This document shows positions 43,610 through 53,638 of a stretch of 64,000 bases of DNA, piece by piece (the stretch's first letter is position 1; each line of letters begins with the position of its first letter). The stretch is from Thermoanaerobaculia bacterium (GTDB lineage Bacteria > Acidobacteriota > Thermoanaerobaculia > Multivoradales > Multivoraceae). The notes beneath the pieces were generated by a model. The model worked only from the letters and a program-made list of their open reading frames with translations. It was not told where the DNA came from and did no database searches. The position numbers and the translations under genes were made by a program. The stretch lies in NCBI GenBank assembly GCA_963666565.1, contig OY762911.1:832001-896000 (forward strand), read 5' to 3'.

Positions 43610-46153
43610 ATGAAGGTACTCAAGTTCGGCGGCTCCTCCGTGGCCGATGCCAGCCGCCTGCGAGCGGCGGCGCGCATCGTGGAGCGGCGGCTCGATGGCC
43701 GTCCCGGCGACGGCGCGGTGGTGGTGTCCGCCCTCGGCGGCGTCACGGACCGCCTCCTCGCCCTGGCCGCAGCCGCGCGGGAGGGCAACGGAAGCCCTGA
43801 AACGGCGCGCGAGGCCGCCGCGCTTCGCGACCATCACATGAAGATCGCGGCCGAGGTCGCCGCCGCGGCCGATCTGCCCGCCCTCGCCGAGGACCTGGAC
43901 GGCCTCTGCGACGGTCTGGACCGGGAACTCGGCGACTGCGCCGAGGCCGGGGCCACCGCCGAGCAACCGCGCGAATCCTGGCTCGACCGGATCGTCTGCC
44001 ACGGCGAGCTCCTGTCGACCCGGCTCCTCGCCGCCGCGTTGCGCGCCCGGGGCCTGCCGGCGGAAGCCTGCGACGCGCGCCCGCTGGTGCGGACGGACCG
44101 TTCCTTCCAGGCGGCGCTCGTCGCGCTCGAACCGACGTTCGCCGCGCTCGCCGCCCACTTCGGGCGTCTCGGCCCGGACGGACCGCTGCAGGTCGTCACC
44201 GGCTTCCTCGGCAGCACGCCGGAGGGCGAGACGACGACCCTGGGCCGTAGCGGTTCGGACCTGACGGCCTCGCTCGTCGGCGCCGCGCTCGACGCCGAGC
44301 GGATCGAGATCTGGACCGACGTGCCGGGCGTGATGACGGCCGACCCGAAGCGGGTCGAGGACGCGCTGCCGATCCCGCGGCTGAGCTACGAGGAGATGCT
44401 CGAGCTCTCCCACTTCGGCGCCCGGGTCGTCTACCCGCCGACCGTCACGCCCGCCCGACGCAAGGGCATTCCCCTTCTCGTCCGCAGCACGCTCGATCCC
44501 GAGCACCCCGGAACCCTGGTCGACGCGGGCAGGGACCGGGAGCGCGCCCGCGGCACCGCGGTCACCGGCATCTCCTCCATCGACGACGTCCACCTCATGC
44601 TGCTGGTCGGCGACAACCTGGTCGGCACCCCGGGCGTCGCGGCGCGCCTGTTCGACGCGCTGGCGGCGAGCGGCGCCAGCGCCATTCTGATCTCCCAGGC
44701 GTCGAGCGAGCACTCGATCTGCTTCGCGGTCGAGCCCGGCGTTTCCGACGCGGCGCGCCAGGCGGTCGAGGCCGAGTTCCAGTCCGAGATCGAGGCCGGA
44801 TCGGTCCGGCCGCCGATCGTCGAGCGCGACCAGTCGATCGTCGCAGTGGTCGGCGACGGCATGCGGGAGCGCCCGGGCATCGCCGGCCGGGTGTTCGGGA
44901 TCCTCGGCCGGCGCGCGGTCAACGTGCGGGCCGTGGCCCAGGGCTCGTCCGAGCGGAACATCTCGATGGTGGTCGCCAGGGCCGACCAGGGCCGGGCGGT
45001 GCGCTGGATCCACAAGGAGTTCTTCCATCGCGCCGCCTCCGGCCGACTCGCGGTCTACGTGCTGGGCGTCGGCGGCGTCGGATCGGCGCTGCTCCGGCAG
45101 CTCGCCGCCGAGCGGGACGCGCTGGAGCGGCGGGGCATCGATCTGCAGTTGCGCGGGCTGGCGAGCTCGCGCTTCATGGAACTCGCGGTGCGCCGCGGCG
45201 GCCGGCGCCTCGACCTCGGCGCCGCCGCGGACCCGGACGGCTGGCGGACCGCGCTGGAGCAGGGCGGCGAAGCGGCCGACCTCGACCGCCTGCTGGAGCA
45301 CCTCGCCGGAACCGCGGCCGGCGGCGGCCGCACGGTGCTGGTCGACGTCACGGCGAGCGGCGCCATGACAGCCGTCTACCATCGCGCGCTCGCGGCCGGC
45401 GCCGCCGTGGTCAGCGCCAACAAGCTCCCCTTCGCCGGGCCGGTCGCGGACTTCCGCGCGTTCCACGCCGACGGCGAAGCGACCGTGTTCCACGAAGCGA
45501 CCGTGGGCGCCGGCCTGCCGGTCCTCCACACGGTCGACATGCTGCTCGGCGCGGGCGACCCGATCGCGTCCGTCTCGGGCGTGTTCTCCGGCACGCTGGC
45601 CTACCTCACCGGCGAACTCGGCGCCGGCCAGGTGTGGAGCGACTCCGTGCGCCGGGCCCACCGCCTGGGGTACACGGAGCCGGACCCGCGCGACGATCTC
45701 GGCGGCCTCGACGTGGCCCGCAAGCTGCTCATCCTGGCCCGGCTGTGCGGCGCCGACCTCGAGATGGACGACGTCGACGTGACGCCCATGCTCGACCGGC
45801 CCGACCTCGCCGGCCTGCCGCTCGAGGAGTACTGGCGGCGCCTGCCCTCCGCCGACGACGAGATGGCGGCCCGCTTCGCCGAGGCGAGGTCGGCCGGACT
45901 CGAACTTGCCTATCTCGCCGAACTCAAGACGGGCGGCGAGGGGGCGACGGCCCGGGTCGGGCTCCGGGCGGTTCCGCCCGACCATCCCGTCGCCGGAATG
46001 CCGGCCTCGGACAACATGTTCGTCTTCCGCAGCCAGCGCTACGACGCCCGGCCGCTGATCGTCCAGGGCCCCGGCGCCGGGGCCGACCTGACCGCCGGCG
46101 GCGTCTTCGCCGACATCCTCCGCGCCTGGGCGGAGCGAGGAGCTTCACCATGA
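43610..46153 (+). CDS. thrA: Bifunctional aspartokinase / homoserine dehydrogenase
   Basis: KFGGSSV, LGRSGSD, two ACT domains, [29 protein letters not shown]. Confidence 0.94.
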   Translation: MKVLKFGGSSVADASRLRAAARIVERRLDGRPGDGAVVVSALGGVTDRLLALAAAAREGNGSPETAREAAALRDHHMKIAAEVAAAADLPALAEDLDGLCDGLDRELGDCAEAGATAEQPRESWLDRIVCHGELLSTRLLAAALRARGLPAEACDARPLVRTDRSFQAALVALEPTFAALAAHFGRLGPDGPLQVVTGFLGSTPEGETTTLGRSGSDLTASLVGAALDAERIEIWTDVPGVMTADPKRVEDALPIPRLSYEEMLELSHFGARVVYPPTVTPARRKGIPLLVRSTLDPEHPGTLVDAGRDRERARGTAVTGISSIDDVHLMLLVGDNLVGTPGVAARLFDALAASGASAILISQASSEHSICFAVEPGVSDAARQAVEAEFQSEIEAGSVRPPIVERDQSIVAVVGDGMRERPGIAGRVFGILGRRAVNVRAVAQGSSERNISMVVARADQGRAVRWIHKEFFHRAASGRLAVYVLGVGGVGSALLRQLAAERDALERRGIDLQLRGLASSRFMELAVRRGGRRLDLGAAADPDGWRTALEQGGEAADLDRLLEHLAGTAAGGGRTVLVDVTASGAMTAVYHRALAAGAAVVSANKLPFAGPVADFRAFHADGEATVFHEATVGAGLPVLHTVDMLLGAGDPIASVSGVFSGTLAYLTGELGAGQVWSDSVRRAHRLGYTEPDPRDDLGGLDVARKLLILARLCGADLEMDDVDVTPMLDRPDLAGLPLEEYWRRLPSADDEMAARFAEARSAGLELAYLAELKTGGEGATARVGLRAVPPDHPVAGMPASDNMFVFRSQRYDARPLIVQGPGAGADLTAGGVFADILRAWAERGASP

Positions 46154-47241
46154 CGACTCCGCGCGAACCCCTCCGGGCCGCCGTCCTCGGCGCCACCGGC
46201 ACCGTGGGCCAGCGCTTCGTCACCCTGCTGGCGGAGCACCCGTGGTTCCAATTGACGGCGCTCGCCGCCTCCGAGCGTTCCGCCGGCAAGGCATACCGCG
46301 ACGCGGCAACCTGGATTCAGACCCGGCCGATCGACGACGCGGTCGCCGCCATGACGGTCCAGACGATCGACGAGTTGATGGACGGCGCCAAACTTCCCGG
46401 CGGCGAACTGGACATCGTCTTCTCGGCCCTGGACGCCGGCGTCGCACGGGACGTCGAGCCCGCGTTCGCCCGCCGCTGCCTGGTCGTCACGAACGCCAGC
46501 GCGCACCGGATGGACGCCGGCGTTCCCCTGATCGTGCCCGAAGTCAACCCGGACCACCTCGACCTGCTGCCGCCGCCCGAACGCGGCAAGGCGCTTCCGG
46601 CCGGGATCGTCGCCAACCCGAACTGCTCGACGATCGGCCTGGTGCTGGCGCTCAAGCCGCTGGCCGACGCCTTCGGCTTCGAGCGGATCTCCGTCGTCAC
46701 CCTGCAGGCGGTGTCCGGCGCCGGCCTGCCGGGCATCTCCAGTTACCAGATCCTGGACAACGTGATTCCCTGGATCTCCAGCGAGGAGGAGAAGCTGGAG
46801 ATCGAGACCGGGAAGATCCTCGGCCGCGTCCGCGGCGGAACGATCGAGCCGGCCGAGTTCGCCGTGTCGGCCCAGTGCAACCGCGTTCCCGTCGTCGACG
46901 GGCACACGCTCTGCGTGTCCGTCGACCTCCAGGGCGCACCGGCGCTGGAGGACGTCCGGGAGGCGTGGCGGACCTTCCGCGCCGAGCCGCAGGAGCGCGG
47001 GCTGCCGTCGGCCCCGGCGCTGCCGACCGTCTACCTCGGCGACGACGAACCGCCCCAGGCGCGCGTCCACCGGGACCTGGGCAACGGGATGACCACCTCG
47101 ATCGGCCGGCTGCGGGAATGCCCGATCCTCGGCTACCGGTTCGTCGCCCTCTCGCACAACACCCTGCGGGGCGCGGCCGGCGGAGCGCTGCTCGCCGCGG
47201 AACTTGCCGTCGCCCGCCATCGGCGGCGGGACGGCGCATGA
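46150..47241 (+). CDS. asd: Aspartate-semialdehyde dehydrogenase (archaeal/fungal-like type)
   Basis: [40 protein letters not shown]. Confidence 0.93.
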   Translation: MTTPREPLRAAVLGATGTVGQRFVTLLAEHPWFQLTALAASERSAGKAYRDAATWIQTRPIDDAVAAMTVQTIDELMDGAKLPGGELDIVFSALDAGVARDVEPAFARRCLVVTNASAHRMDAGVPLIVPEVNPDHLDLLPPPERGKALPAGIVANPNCSTIGLVLALKPLADAFGFERISVVTLQAVSGAGLPGISSYQILDNVIPWISSEEEKLEIETGKILGRVRGGTIEPAEFAVSAQCNRVPVVDGHTLCVSVDLQGAPALEDVREAWRTFRAEPQERGLPSAPALPTVYLGDDEPPQARVHRDLGNGMTTSIGRLRECPILGYRFVALSHNTLRGAAGGALLAAELAVARHRRRDGA

Positions 47242-48221
47242 CGAAGATGGCGAGGGCGTTCGCCCCGGCGTCCGTCTCGAACATCGCCTGCGGCTTCGAC
47301 ATCCTGGGCTTCGCCCTGCAGTCGGAGAGCGAGGACGGGCCGGGCCCGGGAGACGTCGTCACGGCCAGCGAACGCGGCGGGGGCGGTCCGGTCCGGATCA
47401 CCGCGATAGCCGGCGACGAAGGCCGGCTGCCGCTCGAAGCGGAGCGCAACACGGCCGCCGTCGCCGCCCGGGCCCTGCTGGACGGCGAGGCGCCGGGAGC
47501 GGCCGTCGACCTGGAGATCGAGAAGCGCATGCCGCTGGAGAGCGGCCTCGGTTCCAGCGCCGCCAGCGCGGTGGCGGCGGTGGTCGCCGTCGACGCGCTG
47601 CTCGGCCTGGAGTTGCCACCGGCGGCCCTGCTCCGCTACGCCCTCGCCGGCGAGGTCCTGGCCAGCGGCGGCGCACACGCCGACAACCTGGCGCCGTCGC
47701 TGCTCGGCGGGATCGTGCTGGTGCGCTCGCTCGAACCCGAGCCGGACGTCGTCGAACTGCCGGCGCCGGAGGGGCTGACCTGCGCCCTGGTGCGCCCCCA
47801 TGCCGATGTGAACACGAAGGAGTCGCGGGCAAGCCTCGGGCGCGACCTGCCTCTCGAACGCGCCGTGACCCAGTGGGGCAACGCCGCGGCGCTGGTGGCG
47901 GCGCTCTACCGTTCCGACCTGGAACTCCTGTCCCGCGCCCTGGTCGACGTCGTTGCCGAACCGGTCCGCGCTCCCGGCGTGCCGGGCTTCCACGAGGCGA
48001 AGGCGGCCGCGATCGAGGCCGGCGCGCTGGGATGCAGCCTGTCGGGCAGCGGCCCGGCGCTGTTCGCCCTGTGCGACGGCCCGGCCCGCGCCGGGCGCGC
48101 GGCGGCGGCCATGGCCGGCGCGATCGAGTCTGCGGCCGGCGTCGGCTGCGACCGGCTCGTCTCGCGCCTGCCGGCGCCGGGCGCGCGGCTGATCGACGGC
48201 GGTTCGGAAGGCGGGGCGTAA
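47238..48221 (+). CDS. thrB: Homoserine kinase (GHMP family)
   Basis: PASVSNIACGFD, SGLGSSAAS, HADN, LSGSGP. Confidence 0.93.
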   Translation: MTKMARAFAPASVSNIACGFDILGFALQSESEDGPGPGDVVTASERGGGGPVRITAIAGDEGRLPLEAERNTAAVAARALLDGEAPGAAVDLEIEKRMPLESGLGSSAASAVAAVVAVDALLGLELPPAALLRYALAGEVLASGGAHADNLAPSLLGGIVLVRSLEPEPDVVELPAPEGLTCALVRPHADVNTKESRASLGRDLPLERAVTQWGNAAALVAALYRSDLELLSRALVDVVAEPVRAPGVPGFHEAKAAAIEAGALGCSLSGSGPALFALCDGPARAGRAAAAMAGAIESAAGVGCDRLVSRLPAPGARLIDGGSEGGA

Positions 48222-48285
48222 CGTGCGCCTCGTCAGCGACGCCGGTTCGGAAAGCAAGGCGTAGCGTGCGCTTCGTCAGCACCGC
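48200..48285 (+). repeat. 43-nt imperfect tandem duplication spanning the thrB stop and thrC start
   Basis: 48200-48242 versus 48243-48285, 36/43 identical. Confidence 0.8.
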
Positions 48286-49603
48286 CGGCAAGGCCCGGCC
48301 GGTCAGCCTCGCCGAGGCGCTGCTCGAAGGGCCGGCCCCGGACGGGGGACTGTACGTGCCCGAGTGCCTGGCGCCGCTGAGCGCGGACGAACTGGCGCGG
48401 CTGCGGACGTTGCCCCTGGCCGGCCTTTCCGCCGTCCTCGGCCGCCGCCTGTTCGGGCCGGAGGTGCCGGAGGAGCAACTCGCGGCGCTGCTCGAGGATG
48501 CGCTCGACTTCCCGATCCCGCTCGCCCCGATCGAACCCGGCATCCACTGCCTGGAGCTGTTCCACGGGCCGACGCTCGCCTTCAAGGACGTCGCCTCGCG
48601 GGTCATGGCCCGTCTGATGGCGCGGTTCGCGGCCGCCGGCGGCGAGGAGACCACCGTCATCGTCGCGACGAGCGGCGACACCGGCAGCGCCGTGGCCCAC
48701 GCCTTCGCCGGCGTTCCCGGGTTCCGGGTCTGCGTGCTGTACCCGGACGGACTGGTGACCGAGGCGCAGCGGCGCCTGTTCACGACGCTGGGCGGCAACG
48801 TCACCGCCGTGGCCGTCGAAGGCGCGTTCGACGACTGCCAGAGCCTGGCCCGGGCCGCGTTCGCCGACGGCGAGTTGAGGCGCCGGCGGCCGCTCGCCTC
48901 GGCGAACTCGATCAACATCGGCCGGTTGCTGCCGCAGGTCTTCTACTACTTCCACGCCTGGGCGCAGCTCCCGTCGCCGCCGGACGGCGGCCCGGGCGAA
49001 CCGGTCGTGTTCTCCACCCCGAGCGGCAACTTCGGCAACCTGACCGCCGGGCTCATCGCGAAGAAGATCGGCCTGCCGGCGGCCCGCTTCGTCGCCGCGA
49101 CGAACGCGAACGACGTCGTGCCGGCGTACCTCCGGAGCGGCGACTACCTGCCGCGCGGTTCGGTCGCCACGATCTCGAACGCGATGGACGTCGGCAACCC
49201 GAGCAACTTCACCCGCATCCTCCACCTCTACTCCAGCGCCCCAGACGCCAGCGAGGCCGCGCCGCTCGACCGCATCCGCCGGGATCTTTCGGGCCGCGCC
49301 TTCGACGACGACGAGACCCGCCGCGCCATGCGCGACGTCCACGAGCGCACCGGCTACCTCCTCGACCCGCACACCGCCGTCGGCTACCTGGGCCTCAAGG
49401 CGGAACTCGAAGCCCGCGACGGCGGAACGGGCATCGTGCTGGCCACCGCCCACGCCGCCAAGTTCGCCGAAACCGTCCAGGCCGCCGTCGGCATCGACCC
49501 GCCGCCGCCGCCCGCCCTCGAACGCTGCGCCGACCTGCCCGAACGCATCGTCGAGATCCCGGCCGACTACGCGGCCCTCCGCGACGTGCTGCTGGGCGGC
49601 TGA
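48266..49603 (+). CDS. thrC: Threonine synthase
   Basis: DGGLYVP, ELFHGPTLAFKD (PLP Lys), ATSGDTG, NSINIGR, PSGNFGN, DPHTA. Confidence 0.95.
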   Translation: MRFVSTAGKARPVSLAEALLEGPAPDGGLYVPECLAPLSADELARLRTLPLAGLSAVLGRRLFGPEVPEEQLAALLEDALDFPIPLAPIEPGIHCLELFHGPTLAFKDVASRVMARLMARFAAAGGEETTVIVATSGDTGSAVAHAFAGVPGFRVCVLYPDGLVTEAQRRLFTTLGGNVTAVAVEGAFDDCQSLARAAFADGELRRRRPLASANSINIGRLLPQVFYYFHAWAQLPSPPDGGPGEPVVFSTPSGNFGNLTAGLIAKKIGLPAARFVAATNANDVVPAYLRSGDYLPRGSVATISNAMDVGNPSNFTRILHLYSSAPDASEAAPLDRIRRDLSGRAFDDDETRRAMRDVHERTGYLLDPHTAVGYLGLKAELEARDGGTGIVLATAHAAKFAETVQAAVGIDPPPPPALERCADLPERIVEIPADYAALRDVLLGG

Positions 49604-49614
49604 GGCGGGTACCT

Positions 49615-49790
49615 GTCCGGGTCCGGGCCGACGGGAGGGTCCCAGGGGCACGCTCGCGCTCTCCCGGCAGGAGGGAAGCTGGCGCTCGCTGTTGTCGGCT
49701 GCGCTTCACGTCGGCGACGGACGACGTGGCCACGCGGGCAGGCGCTTGCCTCCGACGCCCTGGAACCCTCCCCTCGGCCCGGACCCGGAC
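49615..49790. repeat. Diverged palindromic element with 33-nt inverted arms between convergent genes
   Basis: 49615-49647 versus reverse complement of 49758-49790: 31/33 identical. Confidence 0.8.
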
Positions 49791-49821
49791 TGGACGACGT
49801 CGGCCGCTGGTGTGGCCCGGT

Positions 49822-50871
49822 CTACCGCCCGCGCATCGGGGTGTGGATCAACCCGTCCCGCTCCCTGCTCCCCTGGCCAAGGCCCCAGTCGGCCGGCGTC
49901 ACGAGTTGCCCCTCGATCCGGGCATCGTCGGGAACACGCACTCCCGGCGCAACGATCGTCTCCCGAAGTCTCGCTCCGGCGCCGACGCGGGCGCCGGGCA
50001 TCAGCAGGCCCCGCTCGACGACGGCGCCTTCGCCGACGCGGCTGCCGGTTTCGAGCACGCTGCGCTCCACCGTGGCGCTCCGGGCCAGCGAGACGCCGGG
50101 GGCGACGAAGCGGCGGCGGCGCTTGCGGCGGCCGGCGGTGCGGCCCCAGTCGAGGGCGCCTTCGAGGTAGCGGCGAGGGGTTCCCAGGTCGTGCCAGGGG
50201 CGGCGGCAGCGGAAGGCGGCGATCCGGGCGCCGGAGCGGAGGAGCGGCTGGTAGAGGCCCTCGACGATGTCGCTGGACGACGGCCGCGGCGGGATCCGCT
50301 CGACGACCCGGCGGGAGAGAACGTGGAGGCCCTGGAAGGTCCGGTTCCGGCCGCGGGCCGAGCCGACTCGCAGGTCGCGGAGGCCGACGACCAAGCCGCG
50401 CGGATCCACCTCCACGCCGCCGCCCAGGGCCGCGGCCGGCGCTTCGCGGCCGATCTGCAGGGTGACGTCGGCGCCGCTGCGGCGGTGGCGGGCGAGCGCC
50501 TCGCGGATCGGCCAGCGGCAGAGCGAGTCGCCATTGACGAGCACGATGTCGTCGGCGCCGGCGAGGAAGTCGCGCAGATTGACCACGGCGCCCAGGGTGC
50601 CGAGCAGGTCCGGTTCGACCGCGAAGCGGAGGTCGATGCCGCGGGCGGCGGCCTCGCTCCCGAGCCCGCGCCGCACCGCGTCGCCGAGGTGGAAGAGGTT
50701 CACCGCCGTCTCGCAGCCGGCGCGGTGGAGAATCTCGATCGTCCGCATGGCGACGGCTCGGCCGGCCACCGGCAGCAGGGGCTTCGGCAGGGCGCCGGTC
50801 AGCGGCCGCAGCCGTTCGCCCCGGCCCGCGCAGAGCACGAGCGCACGCACGCGCCGGGCGGCGCCTCTCAC
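49822..50871 (-). CDS. Sugar-phosphate nucleotidyltransferase (NDP-sugar synthase family) with left-handed beta-helix C-terminus
   Basis: LCAGRGERLRPLT...PKPL, LGTLG, VNGD, WHDLGT; hexapeptide-like repeats. Confidence 0.85.
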   Translation of the reverse strand: MRGAARRVRALVLCAGRGERLRPLTGALPKPLLPVAGRAVAMRTIEILHRAGCETAVNLFHLGDAVRRGLGSEAAARGIDLRFAVEPDLLGTLGAVVNLRDFLAGADDIVLVNGDSLCRWPIREALARHRRSGADVTLQIGREAPAAALGGGVEVDPRGLVVGLRDLRVGSARGRNRTFQGLHVLSRRVVERIPPRPSSSDIVEGLYQPLLRSGARIAAFRCRRPWHDLGTPRRYLEGALDWGRTAGRRKRRRRFVAPGVSLARSATVERSVLETGSRVGEGAVVERGLLMPGARVGAGARLRETIVAPGVRVPDDARIEGQLVTPADWGLGQGSRERDGLIHTPMRGR

Positions 50872-51542
50872 TGCTGGGTGACGCCGGGTACGCGGGTCTT
50901 CTGATCCGCCGCCGCCGCCGAAGGCGGCTTCGACGCGCCGGCCGAAGGCCGACCTAGCTCTGGAAACACCATGTCCCGGGGCAACCCCTCGCGCCCCGTC
51001 CGGTAGTCGCGGTAGATCGCAAGGTAGTCGCGCGGATCCGCCCGCTCCGGGTCGATGCCGCAGCGGCGGCAGACGCGCTCGATGCCGCCATCGTCCAGGT
51101 CCGGATCGACCCGCTCGACCTCCACGAAATCGCCGGCCGGGGTCCGGTCGAGGGCGACCTCGCAGCCGAGCAGCAGCCAGCGCTCGCGGACCTTCTCGTA
51201 GCGCGCCGCGACCTCGAAGCCGAGCGACTCCAGCAGCAGCCGAGCCGCCGCCGGGTCGTCGACGGCGAACTCGTGCTCTGTCCGCTCCTTGACGCCGCCG
51301 CGGATCTCCGGCGCCGACTTCCAGGTCAGCCGGCTGCCGCCGCCGTCCGTCCGCAGGCGAAGCAGCTCCCGCCGGGTCCGCAGCCGCTCCGAGACGGGCG
51401 CATCCGTCCGGTCGAAGACCTGGTTCGACTCCATCGCGGCTTCGCGTTCCAGCCGGCCGCCGGCGGCGCGGACGCGCTCGCGAACCCGGTCCAGGTCGGC
51501 GACCGCGACCTTGACCTCGCGCTCGCGCCGGGGAGCGGTCAA
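50868..51542 (-). CDS. CYTH-domain protein (class IV adenylate cyclase-like)
   Basis: EREVK (ExExK), LLRLR, LTWK, RTEHE, YEKVRE, FVEVE; TTG overlaps the peptidase stop. Confidence 0.82.
   Translation of the reverse strand: MTAPRREREVKVAVADLDRVRERVRAAGGRLEREAAMESNQVFDRTDAPVSERLRTRRELLRLRTDGGGSRLTWKSAPEIRGGVKERTEHEFAVDDPAAARLLLESLGFEVAARYEKVRERWLLLGCEVALDRTPAGDFVEVERVDPDLDDGGIERVCRRCGIDPERADPRDYLAIYRDYRTGREGLPRDMVFPELGRPSAGASKPPSAAAADQKTRVPGVTQQ
50884..50951 (+). repeat. REP module embedded in the 3' end of the CYTH gene
   Basis: CCGGGTACGCGGGTCTTCTGATCCGC followed by GCCGCCGAAGGCGGC and GCCGGCCGAAGGCCG. Confidence 0.75.
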
Positions 51543-52975
51543 GCGTTCGCGGCGCCCGCCGCGCAGCCCCCGAGACGGTCGAGCACGCGGACCACCGTGC
51601 GGATGCCCTGGTAGAAGTTGTCGAGGTCCATCTTCTCGTTCGGGGCGTGCAGGCGGTCGTCCGAGAGGCCGAAGCCGATCAGCAACACGGGCGCGTCCAG
51701 CACCTCGGCGAGGGTCGAGACGATGGGGATGGACCCGCCCTCGCGGACCCGCACCGGCTCGCGGCCCCATGCTTCGCGCACGCCCTCGAGCGCCGCGTCG
51801 ACGAGCGGGCCGTCGAGGTCGACGAGCACCGGCGGCGCTCCGTTCAGATTCACCACCTCGACCTCGATGCCCGGCGGCGCCAGCGAGCGCATGAAGTCCG
51901 CGAAGAGGCGGAACAGCCGCTCCGGGTCCTGGTCCGGCACCAGCCGCATGGACACCTTGGCGCCGGCCCGGTTCGCGATGACCGTCTTGGCGCCGGGACC
52001 CTGGTAGCCGCCCCACAGGCCGTTCACGTCGCAGGTCGGCCGCGCCCACACGCGTTCGAGGGTCGTGTAGCCGGCCTCGCCCCACAGCGCGGACGCGCCG
52101 ATCTCCTCGCCGTACTTCGCCTCGTCGAACGGCAGCGCCGCGAACGCCTCCCGTTCCGCCGCGCCCAGGGGACGCACGTCGTCGTAGAAGCCCGGCACGA
52201 GGATCCGGCCGTTCTCCGGGTCGCGGAGCGCCGCCAGCATGGTGCCCAAGACGTTCAAGGGGTTCGCCACGGCGCCGCCGAACGTGCCGGAATGCAGGTC
52301 GCGCCCCGCGCCGCGCACCCGGACCTCGGTGTAGAGCAGGCCCTTCAGGCCGTAGAGCACGGACGGCTGGCCCGGCCCGTACATCGAGGTGTCGGAGACG
52401 AGCGCCAGGTCGCAGCCCAGGCGTTCGGCCGCCGGGCTGCGGACGTAGGCCTCGATCGCCTCGCCGCCGCACTCCTCCTCGCCCTCGATCAGGAACTTCA
52501 CGTTGACCGGCAGGCTGCCGGTCTCGGCCATGATCGCCTCGACCGCCTTGATGTGGGTGAAGGACTGGCCCTTGTCGTCGGTGGCGCCGCGGGCGACGAT
52601 CCGCTCGCCGCGCGCGCCGGTCTCGATCGCCGGCTCGAACGGGTCGTTGCGCCACTCCTCCAGCGGATCGACCGGCTGCACGTCGTAGTGGCCGTAGAAC
52701 AGGACGGTCGGACGGCCCGGAGCGCCGAGCCACTCGCCGTAGACGAGCGGATGCCCCGCGGTCTCGACGATCTCCGCCTCAAGCCCCGCGGCCTCCAGCC
52801 GCTCCCTGACGAAGCCGGCGCAGCGGCGCACCTCGTCCGCGTAGGCCGGATCGGTCGAGACGGACGGGATCCTCAGGTACTCCTTCAACTGCTCCAGGCT
52901 GGCGCCGGTCTCCCGATCCACGCGCTCAAGGACTGCGTCGACGCTCGTCCCGGCGCCGCCCCGGCGGTCAGTCAT
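51539..52975 (-). CDS. M20-family dipeptidase
   Basis: [31 protein letters not shown]. Confidence 0.92.
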   Translation of the reverse strand: MTDRRGGAGTSVDAVLERVDRETGASLEQLKEYLRIPSVSTDPAYADEVRRCAGFVRERLEAAGLEAEIVETAGHPLVYGEWLGAPGRPTVLFYGHYDVQPVDPLEEWRNDPFEPAIETGARGERIVARGATDDKGQSFTHIKAVEAIMAETGSLPVNVKFLIEGEEECGGEAIEAYVRSPAAERLGCDLALVSDTSMYGPGQPSVLYGLKGLLYTEVRVRGAGRDLHSGTFGGAVANPLNVLGTMLAALRDPENGRILVPGFYDDVRPLGAAEREAFAALPFDEAKYGEEIGASALWGEAGYTTLERVWARPTCDVNGLWGGYQGPGAKTVIANRAGAKVSMRLVPDQDPERLFRLFADFMRSLAPPGIEVEVVNLNGAPPVLVDLDGPLVDAALEGVREAWGREPVRVREGGSIPIVSTLAEVLDAPVLLIGFGLSDDRLHAPNEKMDLDNFYQGIRTVVRVLDRLGGCAAGAANA

Positions 52976-53624
52976 CGAAGCTGCGCCCGGTCTTCTCCCA
53001 GTCGGCAAGGAACTGGTTCAGACCGATGTCGGTCAACGGGTGCCGGTAGAGCTGGCCGAGGGTCTTGAACGGCAACGTGATGACGTCGGCGCCCATCTCC
53101 GCCGACAGCACGACGTGGACCGGATGGCGGGCCGAAGCGACCAGCACTTCGGTCTCGAAGTCGTAACGGGAGTAGATCCGGATCACCTGCCGGATCAGGT
53201 CCATGCCGTCCTGGGCGATGTCGTCTAGGCGGCCGACGAAGGGCGAGATGTAGGCGGCGCCCGCCTTCCCGGCCAGCAGCGCCTGGGCCGGCGAGAAGCA
53301 GAGGGTCACGTTGCACCGGATCCCCTCCTCGGCCAGCCGCCGCACCGCCGTCAGCCCGGGCGGGCCGAGCGGCACCTTGACGACGACGTTGTCGGCCAGG
53401 CCGGCGAGCCGCCGGCCTTGCTCGAGCATCCCGTCGAGATCCGTCGCCAGCACCTCGCCGCTGACCGGTCCCGGCACGAGTTCGGCGATCTCCTTGACGG
53501 TCGGCAGGTAGGGCTTGCCCTGCTTCGCGATGAGGCTCGGGTTCGTGGTGACGCCGTCGACCATGCCCCATTCCAGGCCGGTCTCGATCTCCCCCACGTC
53601 GGCGGTGTCGAGAAAGAACTTCAT
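52968..53624 (-). CDS. fsa: Transaldolase / fructose-6-phosphate aldolase (family 3B)
   Basis: [39 protein letters not shown]. Confidence 0.9.
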   Translation of the reverse strand: MKFFLDTADVGEIETGLEWGMVDGVTTNPSLIAKQGKPYLPTVKEIAELVPGPVSGEVLATDLDGMLEQGRRLAGLADNVVVKVPLGPPGLTAVRRLAEEGIRCNVTLCFSPAQALLAGKAGAAYISPFVGRLDDIAQDGMDLIRQVIRIYSRYDFETEVLVASARHPVHVVLSAEMGADVITLPFKTLGQLYRHPLTDIGLNQFLADWEKTGRSFDD

Positions 53625-53638
53625 CGTGGCGCTCCCCG

